Below are positions 53,198-64,000 of a DNA stretch of 64,000 nucleotides, in pieces. Origin of the DNA: Octopus sinensis (taxonomy: Eukaryota); assembly GCF_006345805.1 (NCBI RefSeq), contig NC_043004.1, forward strand, positions 36,270,001 through 36,334,000, in the 5' to 3' direction. A model generated the notes under the pieces. That model was not told the DNA's origin. It searched no databases and was given only the letters and a program-made list of their open reading frames with translations. A program made the position numbers and the translations under genes. Each line of letters starts with the position of its first letter. Position 1 is the stretch's first letter.

Positions 53198-53455
53198 CTG
53201 TATATATGTGTATATGTATGTGTGTATATGTGTGTATATGTTTGTGTGTCTGTGTTTGTCCCACCAACATTGCTTTTCAACCGATGCTGGTGTGTTTACG
53301 TCCCCGTAACATTAGCGGTTTGGCAAAAGAGACCAATAAAATAAGTACTAGGCTTACAAAGAATAAGTCCTGGGGTCTATTTGCTCGACTAAAGGCGGTG
53401 CTCCAGCATCGCCGCAGTCAAATGACTGAAACAAGTAAAAGAGTAAAAGAGTAAG
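52936..53455 (+). mobile_element. SINE family B with internal microsatellite and tail
   Basis: Duplicated head AGGAGTGGCTG(T/C)GTGGTAAGTAG, body to 53102, (AT)/(GT) expansion, then a tail ending GAAACAAGTAAAAGAGTAAAAGAGTA. Confidence 0.85.
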
Positions 53456-53456
53456 A

Positions 53457-53493
<37 letters not shown>

Positions 53494-53754
53494 TATATAT
53501 ATATTGGCCTGTTCGCTTAGCCATCGGGATGGCGTCATTTGAAGGTTAAACAATGCGAAGCGCATTGTGACCAGCGATGTGCCCAACATCTCATAGCCTG
53601 GTCGGTCACGGTGATATATATGAATATAAGTATATATAAGTATACATATATACATGAATATATATATATATATATATAGACACACATACATATTTATACA
53701 CACACATACACGCATACACACATACATACATGCATACATACATACATACATACA

Positions 53755-53786
<32 letters not shown>

Positions 53787-54333
53787 CATTAACAGTGTGC
53801 TTCGATATATCTTTGTTACATTGTGTAATACGCAACGAACATAAAAAGAAAACGGTAGCCATACTACACCGAAAACACATTAAGTCATAAAACAACATTG
53901 TTCTTTTTGATTTTTTTTTTGCTCATGTGGTGTCGTATGCTCTTTCCAATTAGTCACATGATACAATGTGACGTCACACGTTTCTCACTTTTACAAGCCA
54001 TATTTTGATTTGTTTCATGCTCCTTCCACCCAACTCAAATATTTCTATATATTTCACAAATTATTTTTGTTAATGTATATTGACATGCATTCATCAATGT
54101 ATATTATTTAAACCAATGTTTAGCAGTTATGAACAACTCTGCATGTCATCGATGGAAAAAGGCAAATAGGAACATTTCCAAGCTCTAGAATCTTTTGGCG
54201 TGTTTTCGTACCAGAGATTCTATGCTTGTGCCTTCTATACCAAGGAAGATTATGCTATAATTTAAAAGAAAGGCAGCACATCAATGGTAACATACATTTA
54301 TATGCCGTGTGTATGTCTGCATGTTTGTTTATA

Positions 54334-54371
<38 letters not shown>

Positions 54372-54373
54372 TA

Positions 54374-54417
<44 letters not shown>

Positions 54418-54671
54418 TATATATTATATATGTATATATATGTATATATCGACATATACATATATACATATATATGTCTGTCTGTATGTATGTACATACT
54501 AATGTATATGCATATATATTCGCGTAATTACGTTCATACATGTTTATATGCATGTGTTTGTGTGTGTAGCCTAACCCAAGCACACACATACACGCACACG
54601 CATGCGTATACATATACGTAATCACACATGTATACGTATGTATTTTTGTATACACATACACACACACACAC

Positions 54672-54720
<49 letters not shown>

Positions 54721-55059
54721 TACATACATACTCTTCAGTATATAGCATTTCTACTGTTATTTGTTCTCGTATTAGAACAGCTATTTTGAAATGAGAATCG
54801 TGGGCAAAAGGAAGTGACACTTCCTGAGCCAATAAACCAAATGTAGGCTCACTTTGTATGTACTATGTAGAGTTAAGATGTTATTTATTTATTCAATCAC
54901 GCACGTTTATATGCAAACTTCTAATAGGCCATGCTTCATTGAAAGCCAGAAAGTTATTGGATAATTGCAATAAAATTTTGTAGAGAATTTGTAAGCGTTA
55001 CTTCAAAAAGACGGAACGCATTAAACTAGTGGAGCGGTGATGCATGCGTATATGTATGT

Positions 55060-55196
55060 ATGCGTCTGTTGTATTTATAAACATACGTACTTACTTATAC
55101 AAGTGTGTGTGTACACATATTTAGGTATATATATATAAGTATATATAAGTATACATAAATGTATTTATATGTATATATATATATGGTTAAGATGTA

Positions 55197-55244
<48 letters not shown>

Positions 55245-55454
55245 CATCTTTAACCATATATATCTATGTATATGTAATTCACACGTATATTTCGTGTGTA
55301 TGAGCTAATGTGTGTATGTGTAGCTGTGCATTACATATTTGAATGCTTCTTTTAATGCTGATGTACAAACACAATTACACTCACACACGTATAGACACAC
55401 ACTTGCGCACACGCACATGCACACACGCACATTTGTCTTTATCTCTTATATACA

Positions 55455-55494
<40 letters not shown>

Positions 55495-55794
55495 TATGTG
55501 TGTGTAGATAGATAGATTGATAGATAGAGATATATACATATGTACATATATGCATATTCATATAAATTTATGTATATATAAATACATCAGAATGTATATG
55601 TATATGTGTGTAAACATATATTTATGAATATGAATATTCATATATGTATATATATTTATACATATATATATTATACACATATTTATTGACTTATATGTAT
55701 ATCCATATTCATATATATGTATGCATATATATATACATATATATATACATGATACATGCATACATACATACAAACATACATACATACATACATG

Positions 55795-55827
<33 letters not shown>

Positions 55828-55876
55828 GTATATTTACATGTATACATACGTATATTTATATATTGATATGTATGCT

Positions 55877-55924
<48 letters not shown>

Positions 55925-56034
55925 GTATCTATGTTTACCTATAAGAATATGTGTTCATGCGCATTACGTAGAAAGAGATAGAAACATAGATTGTAAGAGG
56001 GACAGATGTAAAGATATAGAATATAAACGTATAT

Positions 56035-56087
<53 letters not shown>

Positions 56088-56180
56088 CAAGGAAAAGAAA
56101 CATTGAAATGCAAATATACTTTACCGTACGCTACACACACACACACACACACACACATATGTACACACACACACACACAC
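55060..56180. repeat. Extended AT/AC/ATAC low-complexity region
   Basis: Directly visible. Confidence 0.9.
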
Positions 56181-56589
56181 ACAAGCGGCAGCACCAAAAT
56201 ACACATAGACATACTATGTAAGTAGGTGGCGTTTGTTTTTTTTTACAGGTTTTTTATTTTGTATTTGTGGGAGTGGTATGAGTTTTATGTATGTATCTAC
56301 ATATATTTAGTGGCTTATATCTTTGGATATGTCGATTCTGTTTCGACATATTGATGCAAAATTTGCCAAAACGGAGGAAAAGGAAACGGTTATTCAAATA
56401 GTATGTATAACAAAATAGACAAATCTGTTGTTTCAAATAGCGTGATATATATACATACATATATATTAATGTGTGTGCGGCGGAGAGAGATAGAGAAACA
56501 AATAGAAACGAAAAGATAAAGGAAGATTGACTTTGAGAGAAAAAGACAACCAGATAGATATGTATTCATATATATATGTATGTATACAT

Positions 56590-56626
<37 letters not shown>

Positions 56627-56686
56627 ATAAATATATATATACACACGTTTATATAAATATATATATATATATATACGCACCTTATA

Positions 56687-56719
<33 letters not shown>

Positions 56720-56722
56720 CGC

Positions 56723-56757
<35 letters not shown>

Positions 56758-56759
56758 GC

Positions 56760-56800
<41 letters not shown>

Positions 56801-59499
56801 GCACCTTATATATATATATATATATATATATGGATGTAAGTATTTAGATACATATTTATACATGAATATTTTATCTATTTTCTTTTTATCCTTCCATCCA
56901 TCAATTTAATCTCTCCTTCTCTCACTCCCGCTGTCCCTTCTTTCTTTTCCTCCACTTGTCTCCCCCTCTTTTCTATGTCACTTTATACATATATCTGTAA
57001 GGAGATGTATAGATTGGCACGTAAGTAGATTGACAGACATTGAGATAGATAGATAGATAGATAGATAGATATAGAGATGAATGGATGGATGGATGGATGG
57101 ATGGATGGGTGGGTGGATGGATGGATTGATAGATGGATAGCTAGATGGATAACTAACTAGATAGGTAGATAGATAGATAGACAGATACATACATACATAC
57201 ATACATAGTATATTACTATATTGGCTTTGTTACGTAATGTTTTTCTAAATTGCTGCACCCAATTGCTAAAATATGCAATAAATTGAGTACTTGTGTTTCC
57301 GTACGAAACTTCAAATAATCGAAGACAATATATTTATTGTCACTTGCCATTAAGCATAGAATCTACCTCTGACTATACTGCTACAATGCACAATACTTCA
57401 GAAAAAGAAGTCACATAAAATACGAAAGTGAGTATAGATTCGTAAGATTACTAAATAAAATAATTACTGCACTTTCCTTGTAATAATGCTTGCATGGAAT
57501 GGTGTTTAAATATTTCCGGGAAGCCGATAGCAAATACAAATATACTTATTGAATACCCATGGGCTGCGACAAGAAGTTGTGCAAATATCACGTGGCAGAG
57601 CAGATGAAGAACAACGGAAAACCGAAAACATTGTTATTACTGTTTAAACATTAAACTGAATTTCAAAAGTGAAATCCTTGATAAATTTTAAGGAAATTTG
57701 GCATTTTTATATTCAAATTCACCTAGAAAGGTACAATTAAAATTGGTATTATTCCGAAGTATTTCTATTGACTATATATTCCCCCTTATAAACATAGTGT
57801 AAAGTTTTATGGATTCATTTTATAAATAATTTTGGTGTTATTTAATAACAATTTTATTAGAATATAGACCATGTAATAATTTGGTTTAGAAATAATTTGT
57901 CTTCGAAATCGTGTATTTCAGCTAGGAATAATTGTTTCATAGCATAAAGCAGATGAGTGATAAATCGTCTCAAATACACGATAGCAGCCTGTTACAGTAA
58001 CTGGATATGGATCAGGTTTTTGGGGCTATTAGGTCAACTATACACCCAGTCTCACTGAATTAGTGACTTTGTGGTTGGGTATTCCGTAGACATGCGTACG
58101 CCTGTAGTAATTCTTAGGCACAATCACTGTGACACAGTGTGATAAGGATGGACCTTTGGGTTACATTAGATGGGCTTCAGTACAGTCTCCCTCTACCTAA
58201 AGCAGAGAGAAACTGTGTAAAAGGTATCGGGTGAGCCAAAGTTATAGAAAAGGACACTTGTCCAAGAGGTCATGATTGCAAAGTGAACTTTTTAAACATT
58301 CGACAATGCTACATCAATAACTACAAATAAGTAGTCTGGTGCTTCTTCGCCACATTTTAATAATCTGAAGCATTTAGAATTAATATACCACCGAAATATT
58401 TGAAATAATTTGTTCGTTAAACTTGCTGAATAATATTAAACACGTCATTTTATGTATTCGTAAAATCCCGAAATAAATATCAGAATATAATTTCGATAAA
58501 TGAATATTAATATTAAAAAAATTGATCCAGGCCTATGTGACTAACAGCTCTTTGATCTTTTGAATAAGAGCTGAAGGTGAAATGAACGAAATATTTGAGA
58601 AAACTTTATTAATATTTTCTAAAATTTAGTTAAAACATTTTATAAGTTAATCGAATCAGTCATACAACAAAAGCAACTATTTTTTTCATGTTTTAACAAA
58701 TCTTATGAACTGGTAAAATTAACCACATTAAGAATCACCGACAAACCTTATTCTGATCGATACAAGAACCAAGCTCCCAATAAAATGTTATCTGTATAAA
58801 ATAACACTGTAGATAGTGTCACGTAGCATATATCTAACATAAGCACAAAGATTCATGTTTCGGTGTACATCAATCTCGGTGTTTCACTGGGGCTTAAAGG
58901 CGACATAATGATAAAAGATGGAACCGGACATGAATCAAAGGTAAACGAGATTCGGCACTGATATATTTGTATGGTATTTCGTCCGTTACCTCAACAGTTT
59001 TGCTAATGACTGGGCTCATACATTTAATATTGGTACCAAAATTAAGAGCTCAAAAACTTTTTAAAGATTAAGGATGTATACTGTTCATTGTTTTTAAGAA
59101 CCATTATGTTGAATGGAATTTCCTCAACGTACCTGATCCTGTGAGGGTTTACGCCTTGTTTCATAGTACTAACTATATTATATACAGGGACTCATGAGAA
59201 GCTTTTAGCTACTCGTTGAATTTTTGTTTTCTTTACAAAGACATATATGAATTTAATTGTGTTTTTAGTTTAATTGTAGCTATTTGGAAAGGAAAACAAC
59301 CGAGGGGAAAATATCAATAAATTCACACGAGGGTTGCCAAGTGAAGAAGAGATCAGGGAGGTTACAAAGAATTTCTGAGGGGGCAACGAGAGCAGTTAAG
59401 AAGGAAGTTAATGAACAATGACTTGCAACAGTTGGAAAGGTTTCAAATTCTAAGGATATATCGCCTTATTATGTAAGAACAGGACTGAAAATACCGAAT

Positions 59500-60100
59500 A
59501 ATTATAAGAAAGAAAGCAATAATATTTAAAAAGAACAGAACATTAAGCCTAAAATCGTTAAAGAGTTCTGCAATGAAGAATAGTTTACATAGTCAATGAT
59601 ATGATGAGACAGAAGTAAACTCTAAATTTCTAAATTAAGGCCGATATATTTGTTGCAGCAAAAGTTTGGAACCTCTGAGCCTGTCTGTAAGGAACAAATA
59701 GCATGGAAGAATTGTGGTTATAACCTGAGGCAATCTGTATATCAGGCAGATCAGAGTTCCTGTTTGTTAAAAAATAATTCAAATGCAACAAAAATAATTC
59801 AAATGAGTCTATTGCTCATCTCTTCCAGAGTAGCATCTCTGGCAAAAAGACATGTAAGATTTTCCAATTAACCGTAGATATCACAAGCTATTCAATAAAA
59901 ACAGCACAGAGAGCTGTTCCGGAATCCCAGAACATGACACTAAAACCATTAAAAGACAAATTTAGAACCAGAAAGAGATGTAGCAGAGGGAGATCGAAAT
60001 TATGACAGTTAAGGGAAATCATCTTAAAAAGTAAAGACAGACTCTACAAAGTAAAAGTGTTGTGAGAGGAGCAATCACTAAAATGTTCATTGGAGTGGTT
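59500..60100 (+). pseudogene. Possible pre-RT region remnant of an R4/Dong-type LINE
   Basis: SRVASLAKRHVRFSN..KQHRELFRNPR resembles the ALAxRLRRY..QNxLFxxNP(K/R) segment upstream of the RT in this group; judged by eye. Confidence 0.3.
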
Positions 60101-61200
60101 AGATCCACGCGAAATATGCATTCGGCAATATTTAAGAGAAGAATCATAAAGTCATTATTGAGAAATGTTCAGGAGTTAAAGGAAGACAGCATAATTGTAA
60201 ATATATAATTTATATAAATTATAGTTTATAAATTCTCGCAGAATATGCTAAGTGCCCACTGTAAACAAAATTGTGTATCACTGCCACAAAAATATGCTTG
60301 GTTAGCAAACGAAATAAGTTGATGTCAAAGCTACAAACAATAATAAATATATGAAAAGTGCTTATCCGAAATTCAAACAGCGAGTTTATATTGAGGTGAA
60401 GACACACCAATGAGACACAACACGGATTTAACCACGAAAACGAATATTTGAGAGACATCAGACATAAACTGAAAATTTCCACAGAATATATTTAAAAAAT
60501 ATCCTTTTTAAAATGAAAATTTTTCTCCAGAGAATAACAGTTCTAACAAAACAGAGCATAAATGATGTATCAACAGGCAAATATAGAACAATATTTTAAA
60601 CTACAGCGGACTACGTGAAAAGCAAAAGATTAACTTTAGTAAAAACTGAGAGAATGTCAATACATGTATATCCTCCTCCTGGGTCTAGCGCTGTTCCTTA
60701 GGTCTGAGAGAGTGTCACCCTCGGGTGCTTTACTCCTAGTAGGGCCACTCTAGGCGTGCCGGTCTCCCGGGAAGGTTCCAGACCATCCGTGACCGGCGGT
60801 GCATCAGCTCGTCACCTAGATGGCATTCTCATTATCCTGCTATTCTGCGACAGACCAACAGCCTTCCTAGAACCCTCCACTTATTATGAAACCGACTACA
60901 AGAAACCAAAACATTTAACATCAGAACGGACATCTGCATGTCCCAAGCAATGAGAATGCACAGGGGCTGCCAGCGATGTGGCATACTGGTCGGCTCAGCG
61001 CACGATGGCGCCTCTGAGACCGCAAACCGCAGCCCCATCAAGCAAGATCATGGGTGACTCATATATACACAGAGGGATATATGTAAATATATATATATAT
61101 ATATATATATATACAGGCATATATATATATTTAACTTCATTTGTTAGGCAATAAATATTTCGGCATAACAGGGGTTCAAATTTTTCTCAATGAGGAAATA

Positions 61201-61723
61201 TATATTTTCATTTAGAGATATTAGGCCCCTTCACCCCACCATATAAAATAATTATAATTTAAATACTTACTACTTTATAACTTAGCTACACGTGTTTCTT
61301 GATGTACATTTACCTATTTCTTTATTACCCACAAGGGGCTAAACATAGAGGGGACAAACAAGGACAGACATAGGTATTAAGTCGATTACATCGACCCAGT
61401 GCGTAACTGGTACTTAGTTTATCGACCCCGAAAGGATGAAAGGTAGAGTCGACCTCGGCGGAATTTGAACTCACAACGTAACGGCAGACGAAATACTGCT
61501 AAGCATTTCGCCCGACGCACTAACGTTTCTGCCGGTTCCTTAACCACGCCGTGTTTTGTTGGAACCGTTCTTAAAATATAACCCCAATCACCAGCAAAAC
61601 ACTGCGTGGTTAAGGAGCCGGGAAATGTACCTCAAGAAACACGTGTAGCCAAGTTATAAAGTAGTAAGTATTTAAATTACAATTCTTTTATATGGTGGGA
61701 TGAAGGGGCCTACTATCTCTAAA

Positions 61724-61730
<7 letters not shown>
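61201..61730. mobile_element. Foldback/MITE-like element (~140 bp arms, 28 nt loop) interrupted by a SINE
   Basis: 61201-61311 pairs with 61622-61730 and 61532-61562 pairs with 61591-61621; the loop is 61563-61590. Confidence 0.8.
61312..61531 (-). mobile_element. SINE family A inserted into the left arm of the foldback element
   Basis: Near-identical reverse complement of the 63350-63570 copy, lacking the 5'-most ~10 nt. Confidence 0.9.
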
Positions 61731-61766
<36 letters not shown>

Positions 61767-62611
61767 ACACACAAATACATGTGGCATATATATGTGTGTT
61801 TGTGTCTGTGTATGTATGTATATATATATATATATATATATTCCCCCTTTAAAAATATATCTCGATAGGTTTTCTTCGATTGATCAATACTTGCGCAGAA
61901 CATAATGACAATGCAATGTAGTATCGACAAAAATGTATGTTAGAATATGTATATATTAAAATAAAATATCGAATCCCCTATATTTAATTTGAAATATGTA
62001 TCATCTGTTTTGTTGCACATGCTGGGTCGTGCCCATATGCTTATTAATCATTGAACCACCCCCAACGGCAAATATACGATATGGAAATCACTCCACTAGA
62101 GCTAAATTGTAATTTAACATTCATTTAAATAACGATTTACTATAATCTCTCTTCTGTGGTAGATGAGTGGAAGGTACATGTCACGTGATAAGAGGTCAAC
62201 AGTTCAAACCTATCTCGACTTTCTGGCATATTTCATTGTTCACATAGAACCACTTCCTAATGAATGAAAGAAAGGAATCAACATAGTAGATCATTAGATA
62301 TAAAGATCTTTAGAACTATTCAAAATGGTGAACACATATTTTAAGATTCTTGTAGACATGCTGATTAGTTCACCTGACTGTATATTGACTATAGAAAATA
62401 GTTTAATATTAGAGTATATAAGAGAAAAAAAATGGGCATTAGTACGAGTGGAAATCGAACTCATACCTCTAATTTACAGGATAATATACGTTGAAGGCAT
62501 ATAATTCTATTTACAAAATTTCAGTCGCCCCCATCTTCTAGTTCACGCAGAATGCGCACATGTTTATAAACTCACCGCCTTGAAATCATAGTTTAATGAA
62601 AAAATGAGTGA

Positions 62612-62675
62612 GTGTGTTGGTGTAATCGGTCAGCATGCTTATCGCGAAAATGTAATTGTGGGTTCGATTCCACTT
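62612..62675 (+). other. tRNA-like Pol III head (A and B boxes), probably a SINE or tRNA pseudogene
   Basis: TGGTGTAATCGG (A box) and GGTTCGATTCC (B box) at tRNA-like spacing; no clean cloverleaf. Confidence 0.4.
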
Positions 62676-63336
62676 GTATTTATGCCCTTTTTCTGTAGTC
62701 AATACATGCGAAGGTTTATAATTCTACTTAACGAAATTTGAATCGTCACTGTTCCCTAATTCACACAGAATTCGCATACATGTGTGTGTGTGTTTGTGTA
62801 AATATATGTGTATATTGGTATTTATGTATGTAAATGGCTAATTTCAGGTAAGATCGACCAGCAGATCTTGAAAGTTAACTTCATTGTAAAATGAGCTGTT
62901 AGACTACAGATTTCCAATTTGGTGGGAAGAAGACAAAATCGATCTATGTAGTTTTAAAATTTGATATTTCATCTCTGACTGCCAAACCATTTTCTTTCCC
63001 CAAATGGTTGTTAAGAGACGTTTGTCTTATAATTTCGACAATTCTAAATTCATTGACTACTACTTTGTGTAGCCTTAAAAGATTTTGATAATGTGAATTA
63101 ATCAATGAATTCTACGCTGGAATCTTTTTTAGGAAATTTTGCGATTTAAGGTCAATCCCAATCATGAGAATTGTTTTCCCTTTTTGTGAATACACATTTT
63201 GATCCTCATTATGGGAAGTAAACTCGGTGACAATATGAGCAGTTTCGAGTTTCGTTTTCTCTCACACTTTTATTAAGTTACCCTTCACAGTGTACATCAC
63301 TAACAGATATATGTGTGTGATTGTATTTTTGTGTTA

Positions 63337-63755
63337 AGGCGGCGAGCTGGCCGAAACATTAGCACGCCGGGCGAAATGTCTAGCGGTATTTCGTCTGCCG
63401 TTACGTTCTGAGTTCAAATTCCGCCGAGGTCGACTTTGCCTTTCACCCTTTCGGGGTCGATAAACTAAGTACCAGTTACGCACTGGGGTCGATGTAATCG
63501 ACTTAATACCTATGTCTGGCCTTGTTTGTCCGCTCTGTGTTTAGCCCCTTGTGGGTAATAAAGAAATAGGTATTTCGTCTGCCGTTACGTTCTGAGTTCA
63601 AATTCCGCCGAGGTCGACTTTGCCTTTCACCCTTTCGGGGTCGATAAATTAGGTACCAGTTACGCACTGGGGTCGATGTAATCGACTTAATCCGCTTGTC
63701 TGTCCTTGTTTGTCCCCTCTATGTTTAGCCCCTTGTGGGTAGTAAAGAAATAGAT
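63337..63755 (+). mobile_element. SINE family A, tandem dimer (full copy plus 5'-truncated copy)
   Basis: GTATTTCGTCTGCCGTTACGTTCTGAG..CCCCTTGTGGGTA.TAAAGAAATAG occurs at ~63386-63570 and ~63570-63753 at high identity. Confidence 0.92.
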
Positions 63756-63771
63756 TGTATTTTTGTGTATG

Positions 63772-63985
63772 AACCACTCAGCTGGCAAAGATGAGTTGTA
63801 CCTGTATTTCAAAGGGGCTCACCTTGTCACACTCTGTATTATTCTGAATCTCCTTGTGAACTATGTTAAGGGCACGCGTATCTGTGGAGTACTCAGCCAC
63901 TTACACGTTAATTTCACGAGCAAGCTGTTCTGTTGATCGGATCCATTGGAACCTTCATCGTCGAAACCGACGAAGGACCAGCTGT
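63772..63985 (-). mobile_element. SINE family C copy
   Basis: Reverse-complement similarity to 33012-33240. Confidence 0.8.
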
Positions 63986-64000
63986 ATTATTTTAAGACAT

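Noticed and set aside
57520-57640. piggyBac C-terminal Cys-rich motif (GCDKKLCKYHV)
   Set aside because: A single short motif, with no DDD domain or TTAA-flanked terminal repeats nearby.
60681-60825. HDV-like ribozyme
   Set aside because: Candidate P2/P3 helices were found, but no matching P1 or GG for P1.1; kept only as an unexplained structured island.

Overview
AT-rich (roughly one third G+C by eye) animal genomic DNA saturated with (AT)n, (AC)n, (AAT)n, (CTAT)n and (GATA)n microsatellites. The recurring SINE families look like those of Octopus/coleoid cephalopods (my recognition, not a search). I can support no complete host gene; only a few short candidate exons. Most ORFs in the track are microsatellite artefacts. 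The recognisable content is retroelement and transposon debris: restriction-like-endonuclease (R4/Dong-type) LINEs, RTE and CR1/L2-like LINE ends, Penelope-like elements (RT thumb + GIY-YIG), a Helitron PIF1-helicase remnant, a possible Crypton remnant and many SINEs. The main unexplained signal is a set of type I hammerhead ribozyme (HHR) motifs, some intact and some decayed. They sit in Penelope-type terminal repeats that are repeatedly arranged as outward-facing inverted pairs and often end flush in (TA)n tracts. The best case (1-1310) is a non-coding, hairpin-rich ~475 bp tandem unit folded into a large palindrome whose centre lies 7 nt from the predicted HHR cleavage site, resembling a retrozyme or non-autonomous Penelope derivative.
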